A DNA stretch of 64,000 nt from a virus (IMGVR_UViG_3300037421_000106), one strand, 5' to 3'; numbered from the stretch's first letter, positions 9,385 to 19,350 are shown. Notes: generated from the letters alone by a model not told the origin. Numbers and translations: made by a program.

Positions 9385-10122
9385 CTATGCTACGGGGCCA
9401 CTGTCGTCGCCGCCAGTTTGAACCAAAGTGTGGAGGTGGGTCTCGTCGATGCGATGGCCATTGGCAACCACTTCGCCCGCAAATGTGCTCGTGGCCGCGG
9501 TGATTCCTACAGCTGCAGCATCGATGATCGTGTTTCCTACGGATGCGACATTGACCTGACCCGCAGCATTCAGATTGATGTCGCCGCCCGCATTGATATT
9601 CACGTTGGCAGGCGTGTGAATGTTCACAACGTGGCCGCCGGCAATCTCGATGTACGCCTGGCCATCATCTGAGCGCAATTGTACCGTATTCGTGCTGACG
9701 CTTGGCAGGGCATGCGGAAGACTGGAAACGCCCACGCGGACGAATCCATCGGACAGATCGTGCATCCGAAGATCCCCTTGCTGACTCATTTGGCCAGTCG
9801 ACCACCACCCGTCGATGCAGCGACTGGAAAATGCCACTGTGCATTCATCTCCGGGCTGAATGGGGAATGTCAGGTGATATCCCCCTCCTCCTGGAAACTC
9901 CACGGGGCAATCGGCGATCACTGGCATCTGAATGTGTGCGGGCGAGCCTGTCCGAGGATCATTCCACTGGATGATGATCTGGGGCTGAACCTGACACGTT
10001 TGTTTCACCGCGTCGTAACTGACGATCTTCGCCGGCAGAAGAGTCCATATGTTCGCCTGACGGCCGCGGATCGCCGCAATCACGGCGCTTCGCAAGTCGT
10101 TTACGCGTTCGCGCGGATCCAT
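9385..10122 (-). CDS. Baseplate assembly protein V / central spike (Mu gp45-like)
   Basis: 245 aa; N-terminal OB-like region and C-terminal G/N/V/A-rich beta-helical repeats (VNIHTPANVNINAGGDINLNAAGQVNVASVGN) typical of gpV spikes. Confidence 0.55.
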   Translation of the reverse strand: MDPRERVNDLRSAVIAAIRGRQANIWTLLPAKIVSYDAVKQTCQVQPQIIIQWNDPRTGSPAHIQMPVIADCPVEFPGGGGYHLTFPIQPGDECTVAFSSRCIDGWWSTGQMSQQGDLRMHDLSDGFVRVGVSSLPHALPSVSTNTVQLRSDDGQAYIEIAGGHVVNIHTPANVNINAGGDINLNAAGQVNVASVGNTIIDAAAVGITAATSTFAGEVVANGHRIDETHLHTLVQTGGDDSGPVA

Positions 10123-10123
10123 C

Positions 10124-11137
10124 CTAACCTCCGGTCAATGGGTTCGTTAGAACCGTCGAGGTGGTTTTGTCGGTGGCCAGGCACGTTAAATTGGCGTACC
10201 ACTTCTGACCGCGCGTGTCACCTTCGTACTCGATGACATATATACGGTAAACGCCGTCGAACGTCGTCTTTGCAACGTAATCGATGTCCTTGCCTCGGCT
10301 GCGAAAACTGACACCTGCCGAACCGCCCTGTGCCAGGTTAATCGAACTACCGATGAAGGTGTTGATCAGATCGGCGTTCAGTTGAATCGTGCCGCCAACT
10401 TGTAGCAGCGGGTTAATCAAACACTGAATCTTGAGACCCTCATTTGTCGCTTCCGGAATGCCGACTACGCCTGTCTGTGTCGACATCTGGATCGGAGGCC
10501 CCGGCAGATATCGGTTAACCGGAATCAATTGCAGCACGCCTTGCTGGATTGACCACGAGACATTCAAAGTAGATGCCAGCGTATGGATCGTGTCGCGTGC
10601 CGCTCCGAACAACACTTTCGAACGAGGATTCGCGATACCTGTTTTCAAAGTGTCAAAGTCATCACGAACGACAACGGATGTCTCGCCATTACTCACATTG
10701 CTGATAGCTTTGTTTCCTGCGGCAACTGCAGCCGCTATGACTTGCTGCGGCGTATTGCCTTTCGCCAGAGAAGTGCTCACAAAGCCTTGGTTGTAAAACA
10801 CGTCAGCGTCGGAACATAGCAAATCAAGATACGTGCGCGTGGCAGTCTCTTTGCCTTTTCGAAATTGTTTGATCGAACCTGCAAAGATCGCAGCGAATGG
10901 GCCATTCTGATAGCCGGCCTGCAGAGTCACCGTTGTGAATTCGAGCAGGATTTTATTCATCGTTTCGGGTTTCAAGTTGTATACCCGAATGACGGCCGTG
11001 TTGGGGTGATCAATGTCCGCAGCCTCAATGCTGAACACGATGCGGAATTCTGACAAATCAAGTGTTTCACCTGCTGCACTGGTTATTTGCAGCACGCATT
11101 TTCTATTGAACAAACCTATCTGATCGGTAGTCATCAC
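10124..11137 (-). CDS. Baseplate hub protein (Mu gp44 / P2 gpD-like)
   Basis: 337 aa, position between tape-measure-proximal genes and spike in Mu-like order. Confidence 0.4.
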   Translation of the reverse strand: MMTTDQIGLFNRKCVLQITSAAGETLDLSEFRIVFSIEAADIDHPNTAVIRVYNLKPETMNKILLEFTTVTLQAGYQNGPFAAIFAGSIKQFRKGKETATRTYLDLLCSDADVFYNQGFVSTSLAKGNTPQQVIAAAVAAGNKAISNVSNGETSVVVRDDFDTLKTGIANPRSKVLFGAARDTIHTLASTLNVSWSIQQGVLQLIPVNRYLPGPPIQMSTQTGVVGIPEATNEGLKIQCLINPLLQVGGTIQLNADLINTFIGSSINLAQGGSAGVSFRSRGKDIDYVAKTTFDGVYRIYVIEYEGDTRGQKWYANLTCLATDKTTSTVLTNPLTGG

Positions 11138-11463
11138 GGCACCGTGATGAAGTAAAGATTTCCGTTGTCGCCCAGATTGCTATATGTCGGCACCGCGTCG
11201 GTGTCGTAGTCAGTCATGGCTACGAGCGACCCTCCGAAATTCAAGTAACCGTACTGTCCGAGGAGATCACAACCTGTGACCAGCGCGATTCCTGTAACGA
11301 TGTTATTTCCCGACTGATCGGCAATATCGAGTGTCCAGCTGTTCGCATTGGAATTGAAATTGAGCGTCAGCGTGTATACCGTGCCGCCCAATGAGATACC
11401 CAACTGCTGCTGAGAGCTGGTCAAAGGAATACGATAGGGGGTCATGGCGCCACTCCTATCCAC
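11134..11463 (-). CDS. Hypothetical tail protein
   Basis: 109-aa ORF, translationally coupled in tail module. Confidence 0.35.
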   Translation of the reverse strand: MDRSGAMTPYRIPLTSSQQQLGISLGGTVYTLTLNFNSNANSWTLDIADQSGNNIVTGIALVTGCDLLGQYGYLNFGGSLVAMTDYDTDAVPTYSNLGDNGNLYFITVP

Positions 11464-12116
11464 ACGCCTGCGGCGGTCGCATTGAAGTTGGGTGCGGCCG
11501 CAACCGACAAACGACCCGTTAACTGCACCGGATTCGTATCCTGAGGAGATTGTTGAGCGGACTGAGGCGCAGCCACCGTGACAATTTGCGTTAGCGCAAT
11601 CAGCACTTGACGCATGTGCAACGTCACTCCGAGCATGTTGACTTTCTCTTTATCCGATTCGGTAGAGATCCCTTGGATCATCATTTGCGGATACTGGCGC
11701 TTGCTAGTGACAACCGTATAAAGCACGCGTGCTGTCTGACCTTGAATCAGCTGCGTGTAAATAGCAGCCAATTGTGCAATGTATTCCGCACCGGGAGTGC
11801 TGTTTCCAATTCGACCGAGATCGAACAGCTGTTGCCCTGACCATCCAATATGTAGAGTGAGCTCGGCCGGCTTCTTGAATGAATGATCGGTGATGGGCGC
11901 ACCCTGTTCGATCGGGTGAGCCTCGATCTCCATCTCGTCGTGATGAATTTCTTCGAGCGTGACTTGGCCGATGAACTGAGGGTTGTTTGCTTGTGAGGCC
12001 GGCAGCCCATTCTGCAGGATGTTGTCCTGACCCACGAGCGCGCCCGTCGTACCGACCTCGGGGTAGAGGCCGCGAACGAGTTGCAGACCGGGCACTGGCG
12101 CGTTTGTGAGAGGCAT
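11442..12116 (-). CDS. Tail protein (Mu gp43 position, function unresolved)
   Basis: 224-aa ORF directly downstream of tape measure gene. Confidence 0.35.
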   Translation of the reverse strand: MPLTNAPVPGLQLVRGLYPEVGTTGALVGQDNILQNGLPASQANNPQFIGQVTLEEIHHDEMEIEAHPIEQGAPITDHSFKKPAELTLHIGWSGQQLFDLGRIGNSTPGAEYIAQLAAIYTQLIQGQTARVLYTVVTSKRQYPQMMIQGISTESDKEKVNMLGVTLHMRQVLIALTQIVTVAAPQSAQQSPQDTNPVQLTGRLSVAAAPNFNATAAGVWIGVAP

Positions 12117-12118
12117 GA

Positions 12119-13552
12119 TTAATTCGCAAAAAGACCGACACCATCGCGGAACAGATCCGCATTTGTACGTCGCACTTTCGATTGTACAACCTCACCGACG
12201 GCACCCGCATCGGAGCCGCTGATGTTGAAATTCTGCGTTACTTGGGGTGCGAACACCTTCGAACCTTCGCCTCGAACTTGCGCATTTACATCGCCGAGAC
12301 GCGTATTGCCCAGAATTTTGTTGGGATACTCGGTAGTCTCTTTCGTCAGCGGGCCATATTTCTTGCCTCCGGCCAACTGATCGTCTATGCGGCCCGATCC
12401 TGCATTGTAGGCTTGTAACGCCAAGCGGTAATTGCCTTTGTATTTGTCCAGCAACTCTTTCAAGAATTTCGCCGCTTCGAAGATGTCACGCATCGGATCC
12501 TGTCCCGCTTCAAACCCACGGCCGCGCGCAGTGGCCGGCATGAATTGAGCCACACCTTTGGCACCCGCAGGGCTTTCGGCGGTTGGATTCCACGCGGATT
12601 CTTGCTTGAGCATGCGCATGAATATGTTCGGATCGAGCCCAAATTTCATTGCATCCTTCTGCGCTTCGATTTGCAAGTCCTGCGTGGATATGTTGCCGAA
12701 CTTCGGTTTCTCCAAACCGCCAGCGGCTCTCAAACGTGCCTCGTCTTCGGGTTTCAGTTTCATTGTCGGGAATGCGTTCTCGAACAAATGGCCCCAATCA
12801 CCTTTCAGCATATGGCCGAGCACCGAAGACGCCTTCTGGGCAGTATCCACTGCATCGTTCATGTAGCTATTCAGCCCGAGCCATTTCGCACCAAGGCCCG
12901 AAATCTCTTGTCCGATGATTCCCAATTGCCGATTGAATTCGGCACCTTGCGACGCGGCGGTCTGATAGTTCTGACCGCTCAGCTTCATTATCTCCTGCGA
13001 CTTCTTGAACTGCTCGTCCAGCACCGGCAACTCTTTGACCAGCTGCACGAAGTTGCGCTCATTCATGTGCAACCAGTCTTGAGCCAGCTGGAGGGCCGTG
13101 TAGCGCTCGCCGCCGCCTCGGTTGAACATGGCGGCCAACATATGCTCCACGTCCTTAGCAACGAACTCGGTTGGTTGTTTGGTATTGATGCCCCATCCGC
13201 GCAACAAGCTCTCAGTGCCCGGCTTACGTAGCATGTCGCCGATCGCCTCAATGGCCTCAGTGGCCACGCCGGCCTGCAGTCCCACGCCTTGGAATGCCGC
13301 CTCAGTGGCCTTCAAACCGGCGACTGTTGCGCCTGTACGCTCGCTGATATAGAAAAGACGTGACAGGCCGTCGGCCATGGACTCTACGAACTTTTCCACC
13401 GCCAGACCGACACCGATCATGGTGCCACCGAGAGCCATCGCGCCCTTGGTGGTCTCGCTGAGTTGCGAGCGAAACTTCTTGCCACCAGCCTCGTCAATCT
13501 TGAAGCCGATGGCAATCAGAAACTCTTTTAGGATTTCGGATTCAGTGGCCAT
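12119..13552 (-). CDS. Tape measure protein with C-terminal lytic transglycosylase (SLT) domain
   Basis: 477 aa, alpha-helical N-terminus (TMP-like); SLT motif MLKQESAWNPTAESPAGAKGVAQFMPATAR...YNAG; downstream of chaperone pair. Confidence 0.6.
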   Translation of the reverse strand: MATESEILKEFLIAIGFKIDEAGGKKFRSQLSETTKGAMALGGTMIGVGLAVEKFVESMADGLSRLFYISERTGATVAGLKATEAAFQGVGLQAGVATEAIEAIGDMLRKPGTESLLRGWGINTKQPTEFVAKDVEHMLAAMFNRGGGERYTALQLAQDWLHMNERNFVQLVKELPVLDEQFKKSQEIMKLSGQNYQTAASQGAEFNRQLGIIGQEISGLGAKWLGLNSYMNDAVDTAQKASSVLGHMLKGDWGHLFENAFPTMKLKPEDEARLRAAGGLEKPKFGNISTQDLQIEAQKDAMKFGLDPNIFMRMLKQESAWNPTAESPAGAKGVAQFMPATARGRGFEAGQDPMRDIFEAAKFLKELLDKYKGNYRLALQAYNAGSGRIDDQLAGGKKYGPLTKETTEYPNKILGNTRLGDVNAQVRGEGSKVFAPQVTQNFNISGSDAGAVGEVVQSKVRRTNADLFRDGVGLFAN

Positions 13553-13823
13553 GGGAATTCGTGTATTCGGTTATGCGATATCGGTTTTCTTCCTCGACAT
13601 CGAGAGCCTCATTGGCGAGGACGATGTCCTGTAGATCAAGGGTACCATCTTTCAGGTCCCTCAACGTACACATGCCTGCGCGCACCGGCCGGTAGAGAAA
13701 ATCTTCCCCGCCCGACATGGTTACGAGGTCTACGAGGTTCCCTGCGTCGCTTCCTCGACGTTCGATGGGCCGTCGAGGAGGCCCGACAAGAAAGGGCGAA
13801 AATGCTCCATCAGGACCGCCCAT
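13542..13823 (-). CDS. Tail assembly chaperone -1 frameshift extension (GT-like product)
   Basis: ORF in -1 frame overlapping 13730-13823; canonical slippery heptamer CCCTTTC (minus strand, 13790-13796) within overlap. Confidence 0.45.
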   Translation of the reverse strand: MGGPDGAFSPFLVGPPRRPIERRGSDAGNLVDLVTMSGGEDFLYRPVRAGMCTLRDLKDGTLDLQDIVLANEALDVEEENRYRITEYTNSHGH

Positions 13824-14158
13824 ACGATCTGCAGCATGGTTGGCAGATCCATCTCACCAAACATCGGGCGTCCATTGACGATCAGCTTCAAAGGCTTCCC
13901 GTCGGTCTGCACTTCGACAACGGACAGGCACTTGTGGATGACGTAGTTCATCTGCTCGTCGGGAATCTTGGACATGTCATCCGACATGACCATCATCATC
14001 GCGATCTTGCTGACGGGGATGCCGGCCTGCGCCTGTTTCAGCGACATCAGGATCGGGCTGATCAGCGGCATCACTCGACGGAGGACGTGAAACTGGTCCT
14101 CACAATTCAACTTGCCAATCAGATAGGTCTTGCCGCCGAAATCAAATTCGGTGGCCAT
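13730..14158 (-). CDS. Tail assembly chaperone (G-like), upstream ORF of frameshift pair
   Basis: Starts MATEFDFGGKTY 2 nt after tube stop; between tube and tape measure; overlapped at 3' end by -1 frame ORF. Confidence 0.5.
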   Translation of the reverse strand: MATEFDFGGKTYLIGKLNCEDQFHVLRRVMPLISPILMSLKQAQAGIPVSKIAMMMVMSDDMSKIPDEQMNYVIHKCLSVVEVQTDGKPLKLIVNGRPMFGEMDLPTMLQIVWAVLMEHFRPFLSGLLDGPSNVEEATQGTS

Positions 14159-14160
14159 GA

Positions 14161-14610
14161 TTAGACCGCTACTCCGAGCACTTGGGTCGCATCGCCGACC
14201 AGGAATGTCCACTCGAACATTTTGCCGGTTTTGTCATATGTGTTGTCGGGAATTTTCTCGAACGCCACCTGGGACGCCGTCACTTCGTCACCAGTGGCGA
14301 AGTTCGTGATGGAGATCACATTGCGGCCCCAGAGTGCCCCGGAGGTCCGCTGGACTTCGACCAGGGCCATCAACTGTGCATTGACCGGGGATGTTTTCAG
14401 GAGGCGCAGGGTCATGCGCGCGCCGCGAGTGGCCTGCAGAACCTGCATAGCCGTGGCATCCGCACCGATCTGCATGTGGCCGACATTGTCGACCTGGGCC
14501 ACGGTGATGCCTTCTTCTGCGACGCCGGCCGTCGAGCCGATGCCGATATTCGCCCCCGTGGAGGCGTCCACGAGAGTGGCGTGGACGTCGATGAAGGAAT
14601 AGGTTGCCAT
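14161..14610 (-). CDS. Tail tube protein
   Basis: 149 aa, directly downstream of sheath gene, upstream of chaperones (canonical sheath-tube-chaperone-TMP order). Confidence 0.55.
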   Translation of the reverse strand: MATYSFIDVHATLVDASTGANIGIGSTAGVAEEGITVAQVDNVGHMQIGADATAMQVLQATRGARMTLRLLKTSPVNAQLMALVEVQRTSGALWGRNVISITNFATGDEVTASQVAFEKIPDNTYDKTGKMFEWTFLVGDATQVLGVAV

Positions 14611-14622
14611 GAACGTTCCTTG

Positions 14623-16122
14623 TTACTGGTTGACAGTGACTGCGACGTTGACGGTTTGAACCGCCCCCGCCAGCTTGATTGCGACCTGGATCGGCACCGA
14701 TTTGCGCGCGAGGCGATCGGTCGGATTCTGCACGTTAACGGATGGCGCGAAAATGTAGAAACCGGTCGGCATGAAGTCACCTTGCTTCAGCGTCCCGAAG
14801 CCGCCCACGTTCCACACCCCTGGCGCGATGAACCCATTGTTGACGTACTGCACGCAATCCTTCTTGATCACCGCGGTGATTTGATGCGTACCCGGGTCGG
14901 TCTGCGGGATCTTCGTCGGCGACAGATAGAGCAGGTTGTAGAGATCGGTCTGCATCTGAATGGCAAAGTTGTCCGAACCGATCAGAACGTCAGCATACAG
15001 ATTCGACGCGCTCACAAACGACTCGAGAATTGCCGTGTTGTTGTTGTAGGCCGCAAACACATTCGCATTGAACCCTTGCAACGTCGCAAGCTGCGTCGCG
15101 TTCAGGTTCTCCGCGGAGATCAGCGGTTCCTGCTTGTACATCAGCGTGATGACCGTGTTGTTGCCGCCGTAGTTCGTGGTCAGGATCCGTGCGAAAGGGC
15201 TGGTGGCCGAGTATTGCGTGTAGGTGCGATTCAGCTTCAGCTGCTTCAGCAAATACGCCACATTGGTCGTGTCCGACGGATTGTTGATGATCGCGCCTTC
15301 ACTGGTAGTGACGCCGTAGATATGCTTGTTGCCCGAGCCTTCGATGTAACTGGCAACGGCCACATGATCCGTGTCGCTCGTGATCGTCGGCATGGTCAGT
15401 GCGTACCACGTTTGACCGAACAGATTGTCGAACAGCGTTGCGGCGCTCACGGCGCTCTCGGCAGCCAGGCCCGGTGCCACATACGCGCCCGAGCTCGCGT
15501 CGCTCGACAGACCTTCCATCGGACCCGAGATGTCGGTGCCAGTCGTACCGGCGGTCAGGAATGAAACCGTACTTGCCGAGCCGGTCGTGCCCGAATAGAT
15601 CTCGAAGCGGGTAAAATTGGCGTTGTACACGCACGTTGCGGTATTGCTGAATGTGGTACGAATTGCGGCCTGAATAACGGCAGCGACACCATTCAGACTC
15701 AGCGCGGCCGCGAACGGCGTACCGCTCATCACGACTTGCGTCACCGACCCACCATCGAACGCCACTGCAAATGATGCACTGGTCAGTGCAGTCCAGTAAC
15801 TGAGCAGCAATTGCGCGGGTTCCAGAACGCCAGCAATCAGCGCGCCATTGGTTGCAGTCTGTGCCCACCGGCCGATCGCGATGCTAGTCGGCTGCGGGGT
15901 CTGAGCGAACCACAGATTGGCTGCCAGATACTCGGGCGCGCTCGTGCCGAAGTCAGCGGCGACGGCACCCAAGGTCGTGTAATAACGAATGCGAGTGATC
16001 GTGTCGATCACCGCCGAATTGCCAAGCACTAGTTCAACGGACGTATTTTGCGCCTGCGCGGCGGCCGGCGACAGATTGACCGAGACCTGGATCAGGGCGT
16101 CAATGGAAAGAGTTGCGGGCAT
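14623..16122 (-). CDS. Tail sheath protein
   Basis: About 499 aa starting MPATLSIDALIQVSV with GGGAG SD 6 nt upstream; size/position typical for Mu-like (gpL) sheath. Confidence 0.6.
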   Translation of the reverse strand: MPATLSIDALIQVSVNLSPAAAQAQNTSVELVLGNSAVIDTITRIRYYTTLGAVAADFGTSAPEYLAANLWFAQTPQPTSIAIGRWAQTATNGALIAGVLEPAQLLLSYWTALTSASFAVAFDGGSVTQVVMSGTPFAAALSLNGVAAVIQAAIRTTFSNTATCVYNANFTRFEIYSGTTGSASTVSFLTAGTTGTDISGPMEGLSSDASSGAYVAPGLAAESAVSAATLFDNLFGQTWYALTMPTITSDTDHVAVASYIEGSGNKHIYGVTTSEGAIINNPSDTTNVAYLLKQLKLNRTYTQYSATSPFARILTTNYGGNNTVITLMYKQEPLISAENLNATQLATLQGFNANVFAAYNNNTAILESFVSASNLYADVLIGSDNFAIQMQTDLYNLLYLSPTKIPQTDPGTHQITAVIKKDCVQYVNNGFIAPGVWNVGGFGTLKQGDFMPTGFYIFAPSVNVQNPTDRLARKSVPIQVAIKLAGAVQTVNVAVTVNQ

Positions 16123-16135
16123 GCTGGACTCCCAA

Positions 16136-16792
16136 TCAAGTGACCGTCGCCATGGCGGACACGGTATCGAAACCTTCACCTATCGACGCGTCCCCATCAG
16201 GCCGAGCCAGCAGGATGGTGGTCGTGTACGACTCGTTATTTACGGTCACATTGATGGCGACAAGGTCCTGAATCGCATACCAACGGACAATCTGACGACG
16301 TATTCTAACAGGCAAATCCACGCGATAGAGCCAGCGCTCCTTCACAAGGGAGGGTACTGTACGAAGTTCCCCGGTGTCGACCAGGCTCGCATTTTGGGTA
16401 TTCAAGATGGCTAGATTTTGCGGGATGTACAGCCCATCGCGCAATAGCGCCGCATAGTAATCGGCGGTACCGTCAGGGCTGTAGAACGACACCAGAATCT
16501 CAAGCGTCTCGTGTGTCTGGAACTCGTCATGCTCGGGCATGTTGCCCGACTGCGGCACGTGTCGTTGATAGGAGAACTTCGGATTCGAACGCTTTACAAC
16601 ACCAAACGCCGCCCATGGACCTGTTGGCAGATTCGCGACATCCGGGAATTGCCACCGCGGGAAAAACGATGTGCCAGGCAGACCAGTGATACCGACGAAG
16701 ATGGGCTGAAGGAAGCGGAATAGATCCTGACCTTCGAGAGGTGCGGGCGCATTGTACGGCAGCAGGTAACCGCTGGTTGCCGAGGTGTTCAT
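16136..16792 (-). CDS. Hypothetical virion protein (neck/tail completion region)
   Basis: 218 aa; C-terminus IGEGFDTVSAMATVT resembles one copy of the E-x-H-D repeat of 5916-6971. Confidence 0.4.
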   Translation of the reverse strand: MNTSATSGYLLPYNAPAPLEGQDLFRFLQPIFVGITGLPGTSFFPRWQFPDVANLPTGPWAAFGVVKRSNPKFSYQRHVPQSGNMPEHDEFQTHETLEILVSFYSPDGTADYYAALLRDGLYIPQNLAILNTQNASLVDTGELRTVPSLVKERWLYRVDLPVRIRRQIVRWYAIQDLVAINVTVNNESYTTTILLARPDGDASIGEGFDTVSAMATVT

Positions 16793-17205
16793 CGCGTCAC
16801 CGTTGCATCAATACGATCCACACTCGTGGCCACGACGCGCACCCATCCTGGGCCAAAATGGTTCCACGGCAGCACTTGCACGAGCATGAATGTGTCACCG
16901 CTCCAAAGTAGCAAATCAGGTTGCCGCTGCGTGGGCGGAATCGTATTCAGCTGTACCGCAGCAGTGTTCAGCAACGCCCTCGTGAAAATCACTATGTTGC
17001 GTTGCCCGTACTGTATGTCGTCGCGTCGCTTCAGATCCGCCGGCTTGGCTGGCGTTACCACACCGAGTATGTTGCGCGTGATTGTGTCGTTGGTACTGAC
17101 CTCTCCGAGATTGCTGACGCTCTGCACGCGCTGGACGACATCGAACCGATCCGTAAACTGCGGATCCAGAAGCATGATGCTCGGATCGAGGAACGGCCCG
17201 GCCAT
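16789..17205 (-). CDS. Hypothetical virion protein
   Basis: About 138 aa from MAGPFLD; stop overlaps next start (ATGA); C-terminus ...VDRIDATVTR. Confidence 0.4.
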   Translation of the reverse strand: MAGPFLDPSIMLLDPQFTDRFDVVQRVQSVSNLGEVSTNDTITRNILGVVTPAKPADLKRRDDIQYGQRNIVIFTRALLNTAAVQLNTIPPTQRQPDLLLWSGDTFMLVQVLPWNHFGPGWVRVVATSVDRIDATVTR

Positions 17206-17209
17206 GGCT

Positions 17210-17755
17210 TTACCTGCTGCGTCGAGCGTACAGAATCCCAAGCGCAGTCAGGTCGGTACCGCTGTTTACAGTAACGTTCAGCACAAGATAGACGGTGGTT
17301 GGAGTCGACACATTGAACGGTTGCGGTGCAGGTACATCCGACACAGGTGTCGCCAACGCGATGCCGTAGACGTCCGACGCACAGAGATACGCTGCCGGCA
17401 ATACCCCCGTCGTGGTGCTGATGCCGACAGTCGCTTGCGCAGGCACCGCAGAACCGCCCGTACTGGTCAGAACCATCGAGCCCCACACATCCCAATCACC
17501 CGCCGGTAGTGTCAACGAAATCAGGTTGTGAGTGCCAGTGGCAGCGAATGCCACGGGGCTCGCAGTTACGGCCTGAAGCAACTGCCCCACGGTTCCTGCC
17601 GCAGCAGCGCTGCCGTCGGTGATTCCGGGAATTTGCCCGATCGGCGAAAACACGGACAATCCTTGTGCGGTTTGAATCCCCGACGGAATGCCGTTGGTCA
17701 GCTGTAGCAGGCAAATTTCGCCGGCAATTCCAAGATCGATGTATGCAACGGCCAT
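17210..17755 (-). CDS. Hypothetical virion protein
   Basis: 181-aa ORF in head-tail joining region. Confidence 0.4.
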   Translation of the reverse strand: MAVAYIDLGIAGEICLLQLTNGIPSGIQTAQGLSVFSPIGQIPGITDGSAAAAGTVGQLLQAVTASPVAFAATGTHNLISLTLPAGDWDVWGSMVLTSTGGSAVPAQATVGISTTTGVLPAAYLCASDVYGIALATPVSDVPAPQPFNVSTPTTVYLVLNVTVNSGTDLTALGILYARRSR

Positions 17756-17764
17756 GTCGTTCTC

Positions 17765-17992
17765 CTACTGGTTCTTGACCAGATCTGTGCGCTCGCGCTT
17801 CTGCTTTTCAGAACGCTCGCCCGGATGCGAACCCGGTGTGAACACCCCCGCACCATTGCGCGGATGTTCTGATTTCTGCAGCGGTTTTCCGGGGCCCGAT
17901 CCAAACTGTCCGCGACCACCTCGCGGATGTTCCTTTGGATCGAAATCGACTGTCCGCGTGCCGGTACTGTCGTGGATGTGGATTTTGATCAT
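17765..17992 (-). CDS. Small hypothetical protein (His-rich N-terminus MIKIHIHD)
   Basis: 75-aa ORF; N-terminus similar to neighbouring 18030-18284 ORF. Confidence 0.3.
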   Translation of the reverse strand: MIKIHIHDSTGTRTVDFDPKEHPRGGRGQFGSGPGKPLQKSEHPRNGAGVFTPGSHPGERSEKQKRERTDLVKNQ

Positions 17993-18029
17993 TCGTTATT
18001 CCCGAATCGCGAATACTTCCGTTCGGAGT

Positions 18030-18284
18030 TTAAAGCATCGGGTTGCGAGCTTTCGCCTTTTCATGGGCGGCCTGGCGCGCGGCTTCGACAGCTTCGCGCG
18101 AATGCTTCGCAGCATACGCGGCCGCACCAGTGGCAGGAGTGCGCGCAGGGGCGGTTCCGGTTTTGGTCGCGAATTTGCCGCCTTCCCGTTTGTGCTTGTT
18201 TTCTTCGAATGCACCGGCATCCGCGACGTGTTGTTCGAACATGCCTGGATGCAAATGCAAATGAATGTGGGTCACGCGCGCCAT
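18030..18284 (-). CDS. Small hypothetical protein (His-rich N-terminus THIHLHLHPGM)
   Basis: 84-aa ORF, basic/Ala-rich C-terminus. Confidence 0.3.
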   Translation of the reverse strand: MARVTHIHLHLHPGMFEQHVADAGAFEENKHKREGGKFATKTGTAPARTPATGAAAYAAKHSREAVEAARQAAHEKAKARNPML

Positions 18285-18286
18285 GA

Positions 18287-18856
18287 TTAGCCTCGGCTTT
18301 TGTCTCTGACTATGTATGTTACAGCATTGCGCATCTCTGCCTCGTCGACCAGAGTGTTTGTTCGAGTTACCCCACGAGCGCGCCGATCGGCCAGTGTGCG
18401 TTCCGCCAGCGGCGGGGGCGTATTCGAGTTAATCATCTCTTTTATCGAATCGGCTGCCGCCAGTCCTGCGGCATGCATTCCTTGATCGACTGACTGCGCA
18501 TTACCGGCCATGGCCGCGCGCGCTACGGATGCCATCCGTTTGTTGATTTCTTCTCGGGCCGCCTCGATACCAGGCATCACCGTCGGACGCGCCGGGATAT
18601 TGGCCTCAGGCGCGCCGTACTCGCTGATGTACAGCCGAGCGGCATTGTTCAGACTTTCACCGTCCTGACGATCAGCCTTATCGGACGGAATCCCCACGAG
18701 CACCTCTTGCTTTACGAGGTCATCCAGAGCCTGCAAAACGACCTGTGAGCGATCCTTCGTCTGGGATGCGCCGTTGCCGCCAATGACTTTGAACGCGTTA
18801 CCCAGGCGCCCCGCAATCGCGCGCAAGGCCGCTTCATCAAACTGAGGGCCGGCCAT
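18287..18856 (-). CDS. Hypothetical head-tail joining protein
   Basis: 189-aa ORF in head-tail connector region. Confidence 0.35.
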   Translation of the reverse strand: MAGPQFDEAALRAIAGRLGNAFKVIGGNGASQTKDRSQVVLQALDDLVKQEVLVGIPSDKADRQDGESLNNAARLYISEYGAPEANIPARPTVMPGIEAAREEINKRMASVARAAMAGNAQSVDQGMHAAGLAAADSIKEMINSNTPPPLAERTLADRRARGVTRTNTLVDEAEMRNAVTYIVRDKSRG

Positions 18857-18859
18857 GGA

Positions 18860-19342
18860 TCACTCCGAGAAGTCTTCAAACCGAGGACCCGACCAGGCAG
18901 GCCCCATCGGGAAGAAGACTCCGCCGAATTGCCCGGCCGGCGCAAATCCCGGACGTGTTTGGATCGGCCCGGATCCAAATTGACGTGCCAGCTTAACGAA
19001 CATCGTGCCATAGCGCGTATTCGACCACGGGCCATCTTCCGCGTTCGTTCCGAGAGCCGTGTCGTAGGCGATCGTGAGTTCGCCGACCGTCTTGCTGGAG
19101 ATTGGGCCGACCGTCATCCCCGGGGGCGCACCATTGCCGCCCTCGGCCGTAGAGAGCCCTTGCATCGAGATCTGATGCGCCGTATACAGCTGAGCACCCA
19201 AATCGATCGCCGTCTTCCAACGCCTGGTCGACAGGAACGTGTAGGCCCATTGCAGCCACATGTTCACCATCGAGTCAGGATAGACCGTGGCTGCCGTGAA
19301 CTCCGGAAAGTTGGCGCGAAATTGCGCTACGCTGATTGCCAC
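18860..19342 (-). CDS. Head-tail connector-like protein (DUF4054-like N-terminus)
   Basis: GTG start (19342) right after upstream stop; begins (M)AISVAQFRANFPEFTAATVYPD, the characteristic DUF4054 N-terminus. Confidence 0.4.
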   Translation of the reverse strand: MAISVAQFRANFPEFTAATVYPDSMVNMWLQWAYTFLSTRRWKTAIDLGAQLYTAHQISMQGLSTAEGGNGAPPGMTVGPISSKTVGELTIAYDTALGTNAEDGPWSNTRYGTMFVKLARQFGSGPIQTRPGFAPAGQFGGVFFPMGPAWSGPRFEDFSE

Positions 19343-19350
19343 GATACACC

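Noticed and set aside
12545-13231. 228-aa plus-strand ORF
   Set aside because: Antisense to tape measure gene; no SD, composition atypical
14182-15564. 460-aa plus-strand ORF
   Set aside because: Antisense to tail sheath gene in GC-rich DNA; Arg/His-rich low-complexity translation typical of spurious high-GC ORFs
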